A DNA stretch of 64,000 nucleotides from Macrostomum lignano (GCA_002269645.1 NIVC01003261.1:44651-108650), one strand, 5' to 3'; positions 25,315 through 39,092 are shown, numbered from the stretch's first letter. Made by a program: numbers and translations. Notes: generated by a model not told the origin, from the sequence alone.

Positions 25315-27616
25315 CTATTCCTCTCGACTGAATGCTGCCCGGCTCATCCGACCCGCCGCCCCGCCGCCCGTCGCCTTCTTCTTGACCGACTCTGCCGCGA
25401 ACATCGCCGCTGCCGCAGTTGCAGTGGCCGCCGCCGACGCCGCCGGCCCTCGCTTGCCTTTCCGGCCCGCCCCGGCCGCCTCCTTCTTACGCCGACCGCC
25501 GCCTCCGCCGGCCTCGCTGCCGCCAGCGCCGGCGCCGCTTCCGTCTGCGTCGGTTAGCGACGGCGACAAGTAGCGAGCGGCGAAGTCGTGCACGTACATC
25601 GTCGGGTCGGCCGGCTTCGGGGGCGGTCGATAGAGCGACGAGCAGTGGAACTCGTAGTCGTGGAACAGGCGCGCCATCGTCAGGCTGTCGCTGGCGCCGA
25701 AATCTCGCCGTCTAGCCGCCGACGGCCGGAGCTGCCGAATCTCGCGAGAGTCTCTGGACCGGTCCGAGTTGCTGTCGCTGTCGTTTCCATGGCGACACTG
25801 ACGACTCGACGGCGCCGCAGATCGGGCGCGAGGGCGCCTGGACGCTCCTGTCGACGCAGATGGGACGCGAACGCCGCTGATGCTGAGGTGCTGCTGCTGC
25901 TGCTGGCGAGCCGTCGGTCCAAAGAATTCGGCGGGCGTCGTCCGGAACACCTCGCCGGGATTGTTGTGCCGATCCAGTGGCGAGGCCGCCTCGATGAGTT
26001 CGGCGGATTCCGGCTGGTACATCCGGGTCCTGCGTAGCTGCCGCTGCGCCTCTTTGAAGGTTGAACCTCCGCTAGAAGCTGCGTTTGTCGTGGCCGCGGT
26101 GCCGACTGTTGAAGCGGCCGACAGGGCAGAAGCGCAGCGCCGGCCAGCAGGCGCGGACCGCAGCCGGTTCTGGTAGCGCCGCCATCCGTCCACGTCGTCG
26201 AAGCGGAGCTTCCGGCCAGCGGCCTTCAGGAGGGCGGGGGCGGATGTTGCGTTTCAGAGATTTAACAGTAGCGCGGCTGTGGCACCACATCTCCTCGTTC
26301 CTCTCTCTCTCTCTTAGGGCCTACTGACCCTTCACCCTATCCTACTGACCCTTCACCCTATCCTACTGACCCTTCACCCTATCCTACTGACCGTTCACCC
26401 TATCCTACTGACCGTTAACCCTATCCTACTGATCCTTCACCCTATCCTACTGACCCTTCACCCTATCCTACTGACCCTTCACCCTATCCTACTGACCCTT
26501 CACCCTATCCTACTGACCGTTCACCCTATCCTACTGACCGTTCACCCTATCCTACTGACCCTTCACCCTATATCCTACTGACCCTTCACCCTATATCCTA
26601 CTGACCCTTCACCCTATATCCTTCTGACCCTTCACCCTATCCTACTGACCGTTCACCCTATCATACTGACCCTTCACCCTATCCTACTGACCCTTCACCC
26701 TATATCCTACTGACCCTTCACCCTATATCCTTCTGACCCTTCACCCTATCCTACTGACCGTTCACCCTATCATACTGACCCTTCACCCTATCCTACTGAC
26801 CGTTCACCCTATCACACTGACCGTTCACCCTATCCTACTGATCTTTCACCCTATCCTACTGACCCTTCACCGCTGTACCGCTGTACACGTACACCCTGTG
26901 TGAGCGCGTGCTTGCTTACGTATTCATGTACCTGTGCGTGGTCGGGCATCAGCGGAATTCCTTCAACTCACCTTGGCGGCGGCCGCCTCCTCTGCATCGC
27001 GCAGTCGCTCCTCAGCTTCTCTCCGATAGACGGACGTCGCTTTACCGAAGGCGTCCACCGCGTCTGCGTCGGCCCCGGCCTCCAGCAGCTTGGCCGCGAT
27101 GTCCATCTTATCAGCCATGTAGGCCAGCATCAGCGGGGTGACGCCCTCTCGGTTCGGTGGACTAACGGGCAGCTGCAGCCGCTGCAGCACCTTGGCGAGA
27201 GCTTCGACAATCCGCAGGCGGCCTCCCCTGACCGCGTAGTGCATCGCCGAATTCCTGTAGCCATCGGCCGCGTCAACCCGATAGTCGATGGCCTGCAGGA
27301 ACAGCTCGGCCAGCTCCTCCCGACCGTGAGCGCAGGCGTAGTGCAGCGCGTTCATTCCTCTGCGATCCTTCAGTCCGACTTTCGCGCCCTTCTCCAACAG
27401 CAAGCGGGCCAGGCTGACTGACCAGCAGCGGTCGCGGACCAGCGAGCACAGAATCAAAGGCGTCCGGCCGCCTGCAAGCGGCTCCCGCGTGTCCGCTGCT
27501 CCCCGACCGCCAGTCTGCAGCAGGTAGCGCACCTGGGCGAAATAGCCGGCCAGGATTGCCTCGGCCGGGCTTGCTGATGGGTAAACCGGGCGCTGGGGTA
27601 TCAGCGGCATTGGCAT
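25315..27616 (-). CDS. Ankyrin-repeat protein, ANKRD63/ANKRD34-like; exons 27616-26972 and 26223-25315
   Basis: Four to five ankyrin repeats ([35 protein letters not shown]). The segment [20 protein letters not shown] resembles the ANKRD63 pattern. Donor AAG|gtgagt and acceptor ctgaag|GCC join in phase 0. Low-complexity C-terminal exon. Confidence 0.8.
26320..26870. repeat. 21-bp intronic repeat (CCTACTGACCCTTCACCCTAT)n
   Basis: About 26 units inside the ankyrin-gene intron. Confidence 0.96.
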
Positions 27617-27624
27617 CTCTGCCT

Positions 27625-28003
<379 letters not shown>

Positions 28004-29029
28004 GCTGTGCTGTGCTGTACCAAGCTTTAGCGAAAAACGCCTGCGGAAGAAAGATTGTAGAGAATAGGCTTCCTATAAAAACTCGCGGCGTTTCGATGAG
28101 ATGTTCGTCTTTTTACTGTTACTGTCTTCACTCTCTCTCTCTCCCTGTCTTTCTGTCTCATTCTTTGCGCAAGGCAGAATATTCCGGTGTTAAGGGCAAC
28201 CAGCGCCCTCAACCAGCTGCAGTAGTTACTGTTAGGCGATGGCCAGATTCAATTTCTATACTTCTCAATCTGGCTATCTCTCTGCCTTTTTCATTTCTTT
28301 CATTCAGCAGAGAGTGTTTCTAGGCTTTTAGGGCAAGAGTTGCCAGCAAGTAATTCTTCTCGTCTCTTCTAGGGGAGTCGACTTTAAACACAAACAGCTC
28401 TCTCTCTCTTGCCATGTGTCTGTCATTCTATTTTTTTCTACTCACAGCTTCATCTCAAGACTCAGTTCTCAACTCTCAACTCATTCTATCTAATTGGTTT
28501 TGGTCACACCGGTCCTGTCTAATGCCTGTTGCTCTTTCTAGTTTCAAAAATTTTTTATATTAAAAGAGCTGCTCAGTAGACTACTTTTAGTAGCGACTAA
28601 GAACCCCTAGAAGTTAAATTCGTGTCAGAACGTACAATTTTTTAAAGGCTCAAACTGAGGCTTTATCAGTTTTATCGACCTAGATTCAGGAAAACTGCCA
28701 ATGGTGACTGGCAAGCGTGCTACATTGGGGTAAATGGATCCTTCTTCCTTCCTCTCTTAAATGCATTTTCCCTAGTCCAAATGCAACGGTGAACGGTATA
28801 ATACCAATATCGAGCTTATTGTCCTCCTATAGTTGCATTTTATGGCTGCTGAAGATCTATAAAATATCATGGATCCGAGCTAATATTTGATACAGGCAAG
28901 CAAAGTGGAAGCCGATACTATAAAAAAGTGCTTTTTATGGCATTGGAATTATGCACTGCGGGGCTTCCATCGCGGCTTCTCTCATACTCTGCCTCCTTCA
29001 CCTCCGCCTCTCTCTTCCTGCGCTCTACA

Positions 29030-29565
29030 TCCGTGTTGTGTCCGCAGCCTGTGCTTTCCTTCCAGCCGTGTGTCCGCAGCCTGGGCTCTCCATCCGTGTG
29101 TCCGCAGCCTGTGCTCTCTTCATCCGTGTCCGCAGCCTGTGCTCTCTCCATCCGTGTGTCCGCAGCCTGTGCTCTCTCCATCCGTGTGTCCGCAGCCTGT
29201 GCTCTCTCCATCCGTGTGTCCGCAGCCTGTGCTCTCTCCATCCGTGTGTCCGCAGCCTGTGCTCTCTCCATCCGTGTGTCCGCAGCCTGTGCTCTCTCCA
29301 TCCGTGTGTCCGCAGCCCGGGCTCCCTCCATCCGTGTGTCCGCAGCCCGGGCTCTCTCCATCCGTGTGTCCGCAGCCCGGGCTCTCTCCATCCGTGTGTC
29401 CGCAGCCTGTGCTCTCTCCATCCGTGTGTCCGCAGCCCGGGCTCTCTCCATCCGTGTGTCCGCAGCCTGTGCTCTCTCCATCCGTGTGTCCGCAGCCCGG
29501 GCTCTCTCCATCCGTGTGTCCGCAGCCCGGGCTCTCTCCATCCGTGTGTCCGCAGCCTGTGCTCT
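29030..29565. repeat. 30-bp minisatellite (CCGCAGCCTGTGCTCTCTCCATCCGTGTGT)n
   Basis: About 18 units. Explains the ORFs at 28887-30206. Confidence 0.96.
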
Positions 29566-29632
29566 TTGAACATGCAGTCCCTCTTCCATCGTCTTCGGCC
29601 TCGTCTCGCCTTTTCCTATTCGCCCTCTCAGT

Positions 29633-30020
29633 CCTTACCCTCTCCTCACCCTTCCTTACCCTCTCCTTACCCTCTCCTCACCCTTTCCTTACCCTCTCCT
29701 TACCCTCTCCTCACCCTCTCCTTACCCTCTCCTGTTACCCTCTCCTGTTACCCTCTCCTTACCCTTTCCTTACCCTCTGCTCACCCTCTCCTTACCCTAT
29801 CCTTACCCTCTTCTTACCCTTTCCTTACCCTCTCCTTACCCTCTCCTCACCCTCTCCTTACCCTCTCCTTACCCTCTCCTGTTACCCTCTCCTGTTACCC
29901 TCTCCTTACCCTTTCCTTACCCTCTGCTCACCCTCTCCTTACCCTATCCTTACCCTCTCCTTACCCTTTCCTTACCCTCTCCTCACCCTCTCCTTACCCT
30001 CTCCTTACCCTCTCCTTATC
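29633..30020. repeat. ~11-bp pyrimidine-rich repeat (TTACCCTCTCC)n
   Basis: Degenerate tandem units. Confidence 0.92.
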
Positions 30021-30897
30021 CTTCGCTTGCCCTCTCCTTCTCATCCTCACCCTCTCCGACTACTGCTCTCGTCTGCTTCCATCTCCCTCAATCTGATCTC
30101 TCCTTCTGCACTTTTTCAGTCGCATCAAATTGAAACGATAGTGTCAGGTTGTAAATCATGCAGTTGGTTTCCGTCTCCATCTCTCGTCCTAGTCGCAGCC
30201 CCTTAGTGCGCTCAGACTTAGCGGAATGCTTTGAAAACATTGATTTACACAAGCAGCCTAGGTGACAACCGTTTATCGCCTGGGTGTTCTAGATCCGGGA
30301 CGGCCGTCTGCCTTCCCCCCTCTTCCATCTAAGCGATTCGCCAAGTTTCCTTTTTTCAAAAAAATCTTCCAACAGCTTCTATTGGTTGGATTATTGGTTA
30401 GCCCTGCTTTTTTCGACACTGCGACGAAAGTGCGTCAGCTGGGCGGGGATGGCGGAGAAAATATTTTGGGGTAGAAGTTTTTCTACGTCTCCCAAATCCG
30501 TTTATTATTCCAGTTTATGCTGGTCCGAGATCCCAAGCCGGACAGGGAGGGGATCAAATTGGAAGTGAAACTTGAAGAACGCCCGTTTCTGAGGTCCCAG
30601 AGTTGATAAGGTCCCCAAGCCTGGATTCTCAGAAAATCCCCCAGTCCATAATAAATGTCGGGCCTGGGACCTATCGAGGCGTTCGGTTGGCTCACTGCCA
30701 ACTGCCAGAATCCTCTAACCCTAAACAGTCCTCATCAAATTTTGGGACCTAGGTAAAGGCAGGCTGAGAAAATGCAGACAGACGGGCAGGCAGAAATCTC
30801 ATTTAGGTGCCGCGGCTAGGGGGGGGGGTTCGCAGAGTTCGCGGTGACTTCCTTGATCAGCTAGGTTAGGAGAAAGGGAGGATTGAGAATGAAGATG

Positions 30898-30907
<10 letters not shown>

Positions 30908-30974
<67 letters not shown>
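30908..30974. repeat. (CT)n microsatellite
   Basis: Read directly. A similar (CT)n tract lies at ~36987-37048. Confidence 0.97.
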
Positions 30975-30978
<4 letters not shown>

Positions 30979-32557
30979 CCTCTCTGTGTCTGCCACTGCA
31001 ATCTCTCCCTCGCTCTCGCCCCTTAACCTAACAGAAAGTCTGCAAGTGCGCGACACACACACACACACACACAGAGAAAATGCCTTTGAGCTGGCATCGC
31101 ACCCTATGCTAACCCCCCCCGAGTTTCCCCTCGAGAAGAAGGGAGAACTGCAAGATGAGGCTGAGGGGGCCGCCGAGGGGGGGGGGTCAGTCTGAGCAGC
31201 ATCCTCTATTTTCCCCTCCCTATAATCTTTGCATATCAGCGGGGCGGGTCCTCTCTCTCTCTCTCTCTCTCTTCCCCTTCCTTTGGCCAAATCCCTTTGC
31301 CAGTCAGTCTCGCCATCACCCGCAGAATGCCTACCCAGTTCCCCTTCTCAGTTCCCCATTGGCGACACCCTGCCCAACCTCCGCCAGCACAGGATTCGCA
31401 CCCCCCCAGTATTAATAAATTGGATGGCAAAGCGGTCGCATCGGGTTGACAGTTATGGCTAGTAGTAGGTTCGAACTTAAAAAATAAGCTCATGAACTGT
31501 TTCGTATCCGCCCATATATTATTTTCTGGAATGATCTGACCACATTATAATTCAACTAACTGGCCTAAGAAGACTCACACGACTCATGGTAAGTATTAGA
31601 TGGTTCGAAAAACTGTTCTGAAATAATGTGTTCATCTAGTGACTGCTTTAACAATATTCTAATAAAAGTCTCAGTCATTGGAGAGGGACCACTATCAGGG
31701 ATAAATATAGATATGCTAGATATCATGTAGCATAAATGGAAGCGTGAAATGTGTGTGTGATGTGTCTGAAATGTGTGAAATGCGTGTGATGTATGAGTAA
31801 AATGTATGTGACTGTGTGATGTATGATGTTTGTGTGATTGTGATGTGTGTGAAATGCGTGTGAACTGTGTGATGTGCTGTGTGTGAAATGTGTGTGAAAT
31901 GTTGAAGCGAAGAACTTGTGCAATTTATTGCTTCAATAGTATTTTAATAAAATCTGAGTCATTGGATATGAGTCACTCTCAAGTGATAAATATAGATATG
32001 CTAGATATAGAGTGGCCACCCCCCCCCTGAGTTGAGTTGACCAGTATCTTAGAAAGCGCCAGTGGAGCTTCACTCGCTGATTGCTTCGGACTCATTCTTT
32101 ATGCCCCCCGTTCGCCTTCTGATAACTTGCTGGCAGCCCAGCTGAGCTCTGTTGCAGCGGGGATTTTAGCAATGGAAATGAGGACAGAGAAGGGAGAGAG
32201 AGAAAGACAGTCGGCACTGGATGATGTCAGCTTTGACTGGGCACTCTCTGGGAAATAGCCAAGGCGGTGCGGCACTATTGACAGTCCCTGTGTCCATCTC
32301 CGAACTGACAGAGGCATGCCGTGGGAAGAAACTGTTAGGAATAATCGCTTTTGGAATTGAGGAGAACGAGGGTTAGTTGACAAAATTGATTAGGAAATTC
32401 GAGTGCTTTCGCGTTACTGAAGGAATTATCGACCCGAGGCAGTGCTGGGAGTCGCCGGGGGACTCCGCCGAGTAGAAGAAAGAACGGCGATAAAATTAGT
32501 AAAAATAGGAGAAAAATGATTCCTGATCCCATGGGTCAGCCAGGACTTATCCTATGG

Positions 32558-34842
32558 ATGCGGAAGCTGGAGCTGAATACCAAAGCAGCCGGGCAGACCG
32601 GAGCAGTGAGAAAAAAGCAGGGAAAAATATTCCCCAGCAAAAAGCCTTTGGGAAATTTCACCCCCCCCCCCCAATTATTCAACTGAAATTCCGCGATAAG
32701 AAGGCGGCAGCGTCACTTCGGCCTGATCTGATAATTTTTGTTTTTAACTGCTTTAATTGGTAAAGCGTTTCTTGGAATTATCGCGGCAATACCTTAGATA
32801 ACTGCTTGAGTACTGCTTGAGTACTGCTTGAGTACTGCTTGAGTTACTGGTTCAGTAACGCTCAAGGCACAGTAAAGTGACTCAAGGGGCTCAAAGAGCG
32901 TGTGCCTGTGAGTGCGGGGTCATATTGTGTTCACCTATTGAGCTGTTTTCCCGCATCAAGGAGCCTCCAGTCCTGCTGCTTGGCGATGATTCGGCAGCTT
33001 CCGCAGCTGCCTTCGACGGTGGCAGCGGCAACGGCGGTGGCAGCGGCGTCGGAGTCTGCGGCGGTGTCGGCGGCGGTGGCGGCGGCGGTGGCGGCACACC
33101 AGTCGAGCCGATGTGCAACCCTGACGGCTGCTTCAACAGCTTCTGCGACATCAACGACGAGCCGCTGTTCGTGTTCGAGGAGAGCCTCCTGCTGCCCGTG
33201 CAGCTCCGCTGCGCCGCCGACCTCGGCCAGGTGCTGCGCTCGCCAATTGTCGCCATGACGGCCATCGGCGGCCACCTGGCGGTGACTGACGGCTACTCAA
33301 TTTATTCATTCACGTCGGCTAAGCGAAACTACAGCGACCTGCGCTGCCGGCGCAGCTTCCGGCCTCTGCCGAGAGGCTTCACCGACCTGCGAATCAACTA
33401 CATCAAGCTGCACAGCCCGGACACGATGTACGCCACGGCCGATCTGGTGCAGGAGGCCACGGAGACTCAGATCGGCTGCGTGCTGTCAGCCAGTCTGATG
33501 GGCCAGGTGCTCAACAAGAAACTGTACAGAGACGGTCAGCTGCACGGATTCGACTTTGATCAGTCCGGTTCCGTGTTCCTGTGCTACTCCGGACAGAGGA
33601 AGGCAGTCAGCAGGATTGTGAAACTGACAGCAGACCTGCGGCATCTGTTTCATTTGGATATCGATTGGGATAAAATTCCCAGACAGGTACAGTGTGGCAA
33701 TCATGTGTTGAGAGCAGGGTAAGCTTCTGAATGACTAAGCTATCACTTATCAATGGATTCTTCATTCTCCATTCTCTCCCCACTAATGAGCTCGTTATCC
33801 TAATGGAGCTATCCCTCTAATCCCTTTGCTGAGATCCCCCTCCCCGGGCCGACGGGGGCCTGTCGAATCCAGCATATGTCCCTAATGATCCCGGGATTAC
33901 TCAAGCAGAGACATCATCAATCAGATCATTGCAGTTCTGCTTTTTTCCGAAGGCAAAGAGTTCCTGTCGCAGTGGCAGAAATTTTCCAGCCCGCCTTGGT
34001 TTGCCCCGACCGAATTGCCAGACAGGAAAATTTGATCCCCAGTTCGAAAAAGAGTTGGAAATTCTATATAATTTGGCTTATATATAGGTTATAGCTGGTA
34101 TGTACGCGCTTCTGTGGAATTAGTAAAGCCACATCATGCGGATTAGCTGGATTTGGAGCTGGCAAAGCAGTCATATTTGTTATAGTTTGTCTCGGGCGAT
34201 TTTCCTGTGACAGAAGATGCGGTTGATTGATAAATAATGCATTGGCGTACCGGCCCTCGAATCGGGTCACGGGGGTCGGGGCACTTGGTCCGAGCTCCCA
34301 TCACAAGAGAAACACGTAAAAAAGTCATAGTTAAGTTTTCTAGGAAATCGTGATATGTGTTTACGCTACAATTGGGATCATTGGATTGCAACCCGTTGCT
34401 GCAGATCTCCTGCTGCTGGGACTCGAACGAGACCTGGGTCTCCGGCCAGTGGGGCACCGACGGCGGCTTCCTGCTGTCCATGCGATCCGACGATCCCAAG
34501 GGAAGCGGCCGGGTCAACAGCTGGCTGAAGCCGTCAGCTTGGAGATTCGAGCGCCTGCTGCCCAACCAGCTGCTCAGCTTGGGCAAGGGGCGCCTGCTGG
34601 CGGTGAACTCGGCGAACCAGGAGGGCTCGCTGTACGCCCTGTACTGGACCCGGCGGGTGCCCGGGATGGCCAGCCAGGGCTGGGTGCCCGAGTGCCAGCG
34701 GATCAGCCACGCGGACAACTGGGGCGTCACTGCGCTATGCTTCGACACCGAAGCCGACGGCTCGGTGCTGGTGGCGAGGAACAGTCAGATCTACCGGCTG
34801 AGCTTCAACAGCGGCGGCTCCGGCAGCTGCTCCATCAGTTAA
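32558..34842 (+). CDS. Uncharacterised protein, probably beta-propeller-like; exons ~32558-32605 (tentative), 32961-33686, 34405-34842
   Basis: GC3-rich open exons. Donor CAG|gtacag and acceptor ctgcag|ATC join in phase 0. Repeating short beta-strand patterns (HLAVTDGYSIYSF; LHGFDFDQSGSVFLCY; VTALCFDTEADGSVLVARNSQIYRL). No family recognised. Confidence 0.62.
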
Positions 34843-34868
34843 ATGCTGAGTTTTTCCCTTTGTCCCAG

Positions 34869-35215
34869 CAAGGACCACTAGAAGAAGAAGCTCAATATCG
34901 CATTGGCGAGTGTACTTTGATCGGATATTTTGCAGAATGCATCGATGCATTAAAGAGATAGGAATAGGATAAAGGGTCATTTCGCTCCAGTTTTGGCGCA
35001 TTTACCATCTTTATTGGGGCTTTTTTGCCTGAATTTAAGTAGATAAACTGATGAAGCCAGCTGGGACCAAATACATGCCAGCTTCATATGCTAGTGGTAA
35101 TACCAGAAGGTAAGAAATCGTCCATTGAGTGCTTAAAAATGTCAATTTTCTATCTTGGTAATGCATTGTCTATAGTGTCACAACCTGATGCAGCAGTAAC
35201 TTCTTGTGGTCCTTG
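34869..35215. mobile_element. 347-bp older hAT-like MITE of the CAAGGAC family
   Basis: TIRs CAAGGACCACTAGAA / (reverse complement) CAAGGACCACAAGAA match at 14/15. Flanks TGTCCCAG and TGTCCCGT match at 6/8, consistent with a decayed TSD. Confidence 0.6.
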
Positions 35216-35527
35216 TGTCCCGTTTGTCTGTCAGCTTCCTATGCTTAATTAGGCACAACGTTTAACAATCAAATGCACAGCTGTTTTGTATAAACTACTG
35301 CTATAATATATTGGATGTGTTCGTGTTTCGGCTCGAGTAAGGGACTGTCGAACCATTTTTTATGCGCGACAAACGAATGTTGTGTACTTTTTGTCTGGTT
35401 TTCCAGTCAAATAGATGCATTTTATAGCTTAACGTTTGCTGGTAGCTTCTTTGTAGGAATTATGGTATGGTGAGATCGATGCAGGAGTTGTGTAGGGACT
35501 GATGCAGGAGTTGATGCAAGGATCGAT

Positions 35528-36733
35528 TGTAAGGGTTGATGTAAGGACTGATGTAGGGACTGATGTAGGGACTGATGTAGGGACTGATGTAGGCACCGAT
35601 GTAGGGACTGATGAAGGGACTGATGTAGGGACTGATGTAGAGACTGATGTAGGGACTGATGTGGGGACTGATGTAGGGACTGATGTAGAGACTGATGTAG
35701 GGACTGATGTAGGGACTGATGTAGGGACTGATGTGGGGACTGATGTAGGGACTGATGTAGGGACTGATGTGGGGACTGATGTAGGGACTGATATAGGCAC
35801 CGATGTAGAGACTGATGTAGGGACTGATGTAGGCACCGATGTAGGCACCGATGTAGGGACTGATGTAGGCACCGATGTAGGGACTGATGTAAGGACTGAT
35901 GTAGGGACTGATGTAGGGACTGATGTGGGGACTGATGTAGGGACTGATATAGGCACCGATGTAGAGACTGATGTAGGGACTGATGTAGGCACCGATGTAG
36001 GCACCGATGTAGGGACTGATGTAGGCACCGATGTAGGGACTGATGTAAGGACTGATGTAGGGACTGATGTAGGGACTGATGTGGGGACTGATGTAGGGAC
36101 TGATATAGGCACCGATGTAGAGACTGATGTAGGGACTGATGTAGGCACCGATGTAGGCACCGATGTAGGGACTGATGTAGGGACTGATGTAGGCACCGAT
36201 GTAGGCACCGATGTAGGGACTGATGTAGGGACTGATGTCGGGACTGATGTAGGGACTGATGTAGGCACCGATGTAGGCACCGATGTAGGCACCGATGTAG
36301 GGACTGATGTAGGCACCGATGTAGGCACCGATGTAGGCACCGATGTAGGGACTGATGTAGGCACCGATGTAGGGACTGATGTAGGCACCGATGTAGGGAC
36401 TGATGTAGGGACTGATGTAGGCACCGATGTAGGGACTGATGTAGGCACCGATGTAGGGACTGATGTAGGGACTGATGTAGGCACCGATGTAGGGACTGAT
36501 GTAGGCACCGATGTAGGGACTGATGTAGGCACCGATGTAGGCACCGATGTAGGGACTGATGTAGGGACTGATGTAGGGACTGATGTAGGGACTGATGTAG
36601 GGACTGATGTAGGCACCGATGTAGGGACTGATGTAAGGACTGATGTAGGGACTGATGTAAGGACTGATGTAGGGACTGATGTAAGGACTGATGTAGGGAC
36701 TGATGTAGGGACTGATGTAGGGACTGATGTAGG
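35528..36733. repeat. 12-bp two-variant repeat (GGGACTGATGTA / GGCACCGATGTA) with a 156-bp higher-order period
   Basis: About 100 units. The marker ATATAGGCACCGATGTAGAG recurs at 35791, 35947 and 36103. Confidence 0.97.
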
Positions 36734-36983
36734 GATCGGCGCGGGTATTGATGTGCATGCAGGGATTGCAGCAAAGAAACAACTCTGCCCCCGGAGATCC
36801 AGCTGTCGAATGGAGCCCAAAGTGCGTGACTAATTTCCTGAAAACTCGTTCTCAATCTTCTGTCAATAGCAGACCGAGCCTCCATCTCTATCTGCATTCG
36901 TGCTTGAGTGGCCAATTGGTCCAATATCGGGCACTGCATGCTGCGATGGCCCCATGCCATCCGTCTTCATTTTGTATTGCCTG

Positions 36984-37050
<67 letters not shown>

Positions 37051-37679
37051 GTTCCGTGACCGGTAAAAGACCTCCTCAAGATGAGGAGGCCATTGGGAAG
37101 AAGAAATTGTATTGCGCCGCCAGGCAAAAAGAGAGGAAGGAAGTGGAGCCCCCGGGCAGCAGGAGACTTACAGCAAATAACCTGCCCCCCATCCCACAGT
37201 CATTCTCCCCAATTTTATGAGAACAGATCCCCCATGGGGTCGGTAGGGGAGACCGCCTGTAGCGGATGGAGCACACAGGAAGGACGCAGAAGCTGAGGGC
37301 CTGGCCAGTGGCCAAGGAATCGTATTCATAAACAGGGCAGGGCATCGAGCTGAACTGAGTGCAGTCCAGCGAATTTTTTGCTGTAGTAGTAGTAGTAGTA
37401 GTAAGTTGGCTCAGGCAAGAAGCCTGTTTGGCCAGTATATTTCTGTGTATTTAAGATATTTTAGCATTAGTTGTTTAATTACGATTAAGTTCAAAAGGTT
37501 AAATTTGTTCAAAAGGTTAAATTTTTACACGAGTTACGATGCGAGTTACGATATTTGTAAAATTATTAAGGTATTTGAAAGAGCGTTTTTTTTGTAAAAA
37601 GATGTAGTATTTTGCAAGCGCGCGATATTTCAAAGCGTGAAAAACGAACATGAACATACTTCGAAAGAACTTTACGTTT

Positions 37680-38250
37680 AACGAATAACGACGATTTAAA
37701 TAGGTATTAGATAGGAAACTAATTAAATACTAATTAAATGCTGATAAATAATGAATAACGACGATTTAAATAGGTATTAGATAGGAAACTAATTAAATAC
37801 TAATTAAATGCTGATAAATAAATGAATAACGACGATTTAAATAGGTATTAGATAGGAAACTAATTAAATACTAATTAAATGCTGATAAATAAATGAATAA
37901 CGACGATTTAAATAGGTATTAGATAGGAAACTAATTAAATACTAATTAAATGCTGATAAATAATGAATAACGACGATTTAAATAGGTATTAGATAGGAAA
38001 CTAATTAAATACTAATTAAATGCTGATAAATAATGAATAACGACGATTTAAATAGGTATTAGATAGGAAACTAATTAAATACTAATTAAATGCTGATAAA
38101 TAAATGAATAACGACGATTTAAATAGGTATTAGATAGGAAACTAATTAAATACTAATTAAATGCTGATAAATAATGAATAGCGACGATTTAAATAGGTAT
38201 TAGATAGGAAACTAATTAAATACTAATTAAATGCTAATTAGATAGGAAAT
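37680..38250. repeat. 70/71-bp AT-rich minisatellite
   Basis: About 8 near-identical units (AATGAATAACGACGATTTAAATAGGTATTAG...). Confidence 0.96.
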
Positions 38251-38452
38251 TAAAAAGACAGTAAATGAAAAAACAAATGAAAAGCGGATTTATTACACTG
38301 CTGATATGTCTGCTTCAGTTTGCATAACTGTTTTAGCTATTCATGACTTCATATATTTTAGCTACACCAGTGAGCTCTTTTCTGACTCTTTTTTCATTTG
38401 TAGCATATCCTAACTTGTGTACTTGCTTGTCATTTAAGAGGTACTGACAGAA

Positions 38453-39065
38453 TTATTTTTTTCTGATCTTTTCAGTTTGTGGACATTCGGTCAAGTAGTG
38501 TAGGATATCGGAACCATTTCTCGCTCCACACAGTCTACATGCTTCATGAGAGAAAATGTTGGGTGTAATTTCGCATTTCAGTTTTAGGAGGGTTGTTAGG
38601 AATTTTTTGTTTCTAAAAGTGCATGGAAAGTAATCTGAAAGGTCGGGCCTGCAGATTTTTTTGTAGGGATAGGCGTTTTTGTAGAGTTTAATATGTTGCT
38701 GATTCTCTAGCTTTTGGCTAAGTTCTCTTTCTCTGTGTATCTTGAGGTGCTTTTTCACTAGGTATTTCTCGTTATTAAAGCTTTGGGAAAGTTTATCTTC
38801 AGTTAGTGCTTTTAAGTCTATACTTTCCAGTTTCTTTAGTACATTCGTTTTCCAAGGATTTTTTTGGCTGGTGTTTGAGTAGAAAATTTCTAGTGTCGTT
38901 TGGCAAAGTTTTTGGTGTCTAATCTTCAGCCAGTAGGTAAGGTAGGCTTTAGCGATTCGTTGGGAGATTGGAGTAAGCTCAAGTTCTGATGATATCACAC
39001 TGTTGCTAGCAATGTTGAATCTTTGAATCTCACACTGTTGAATCTTTTTTCTTATTTTTTCAAAA
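38453..39065 (-). mobile_element. 5'-truncated non-LTR retrotransposon ORF2 C-terminus (CCHC finger)
   Basis: AT-rich, Lys-rich open frame ending [28 protein letters not shown] (C-x2-C-x9-H-x4-C), preceded by LLKLKCEI. No RT core is present. Confidence 0.68.
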
Positions 39066-39092
39066 GAGTGCCAGAATTTTCTGGGGTAGTAT

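Noticed and set aside
25250-26327. + strand ORFs overlapping ankyrin exon 2 (and similar antisense ORFs over PPP1R3 and GH3)
   Set aside because: Shadow ORFs typical of GC-rich coding sequence, with no recognisable motifs.
36735-36960. Unique 74-aa head of the 512-aa - strand ORF running into the 12-bp array
   Set aside because: No recognisable domain, no GC3 bias like the real exons, and no matching splice partners. ORF length is due to the repeat. It cannot be fully excluded as an exon.
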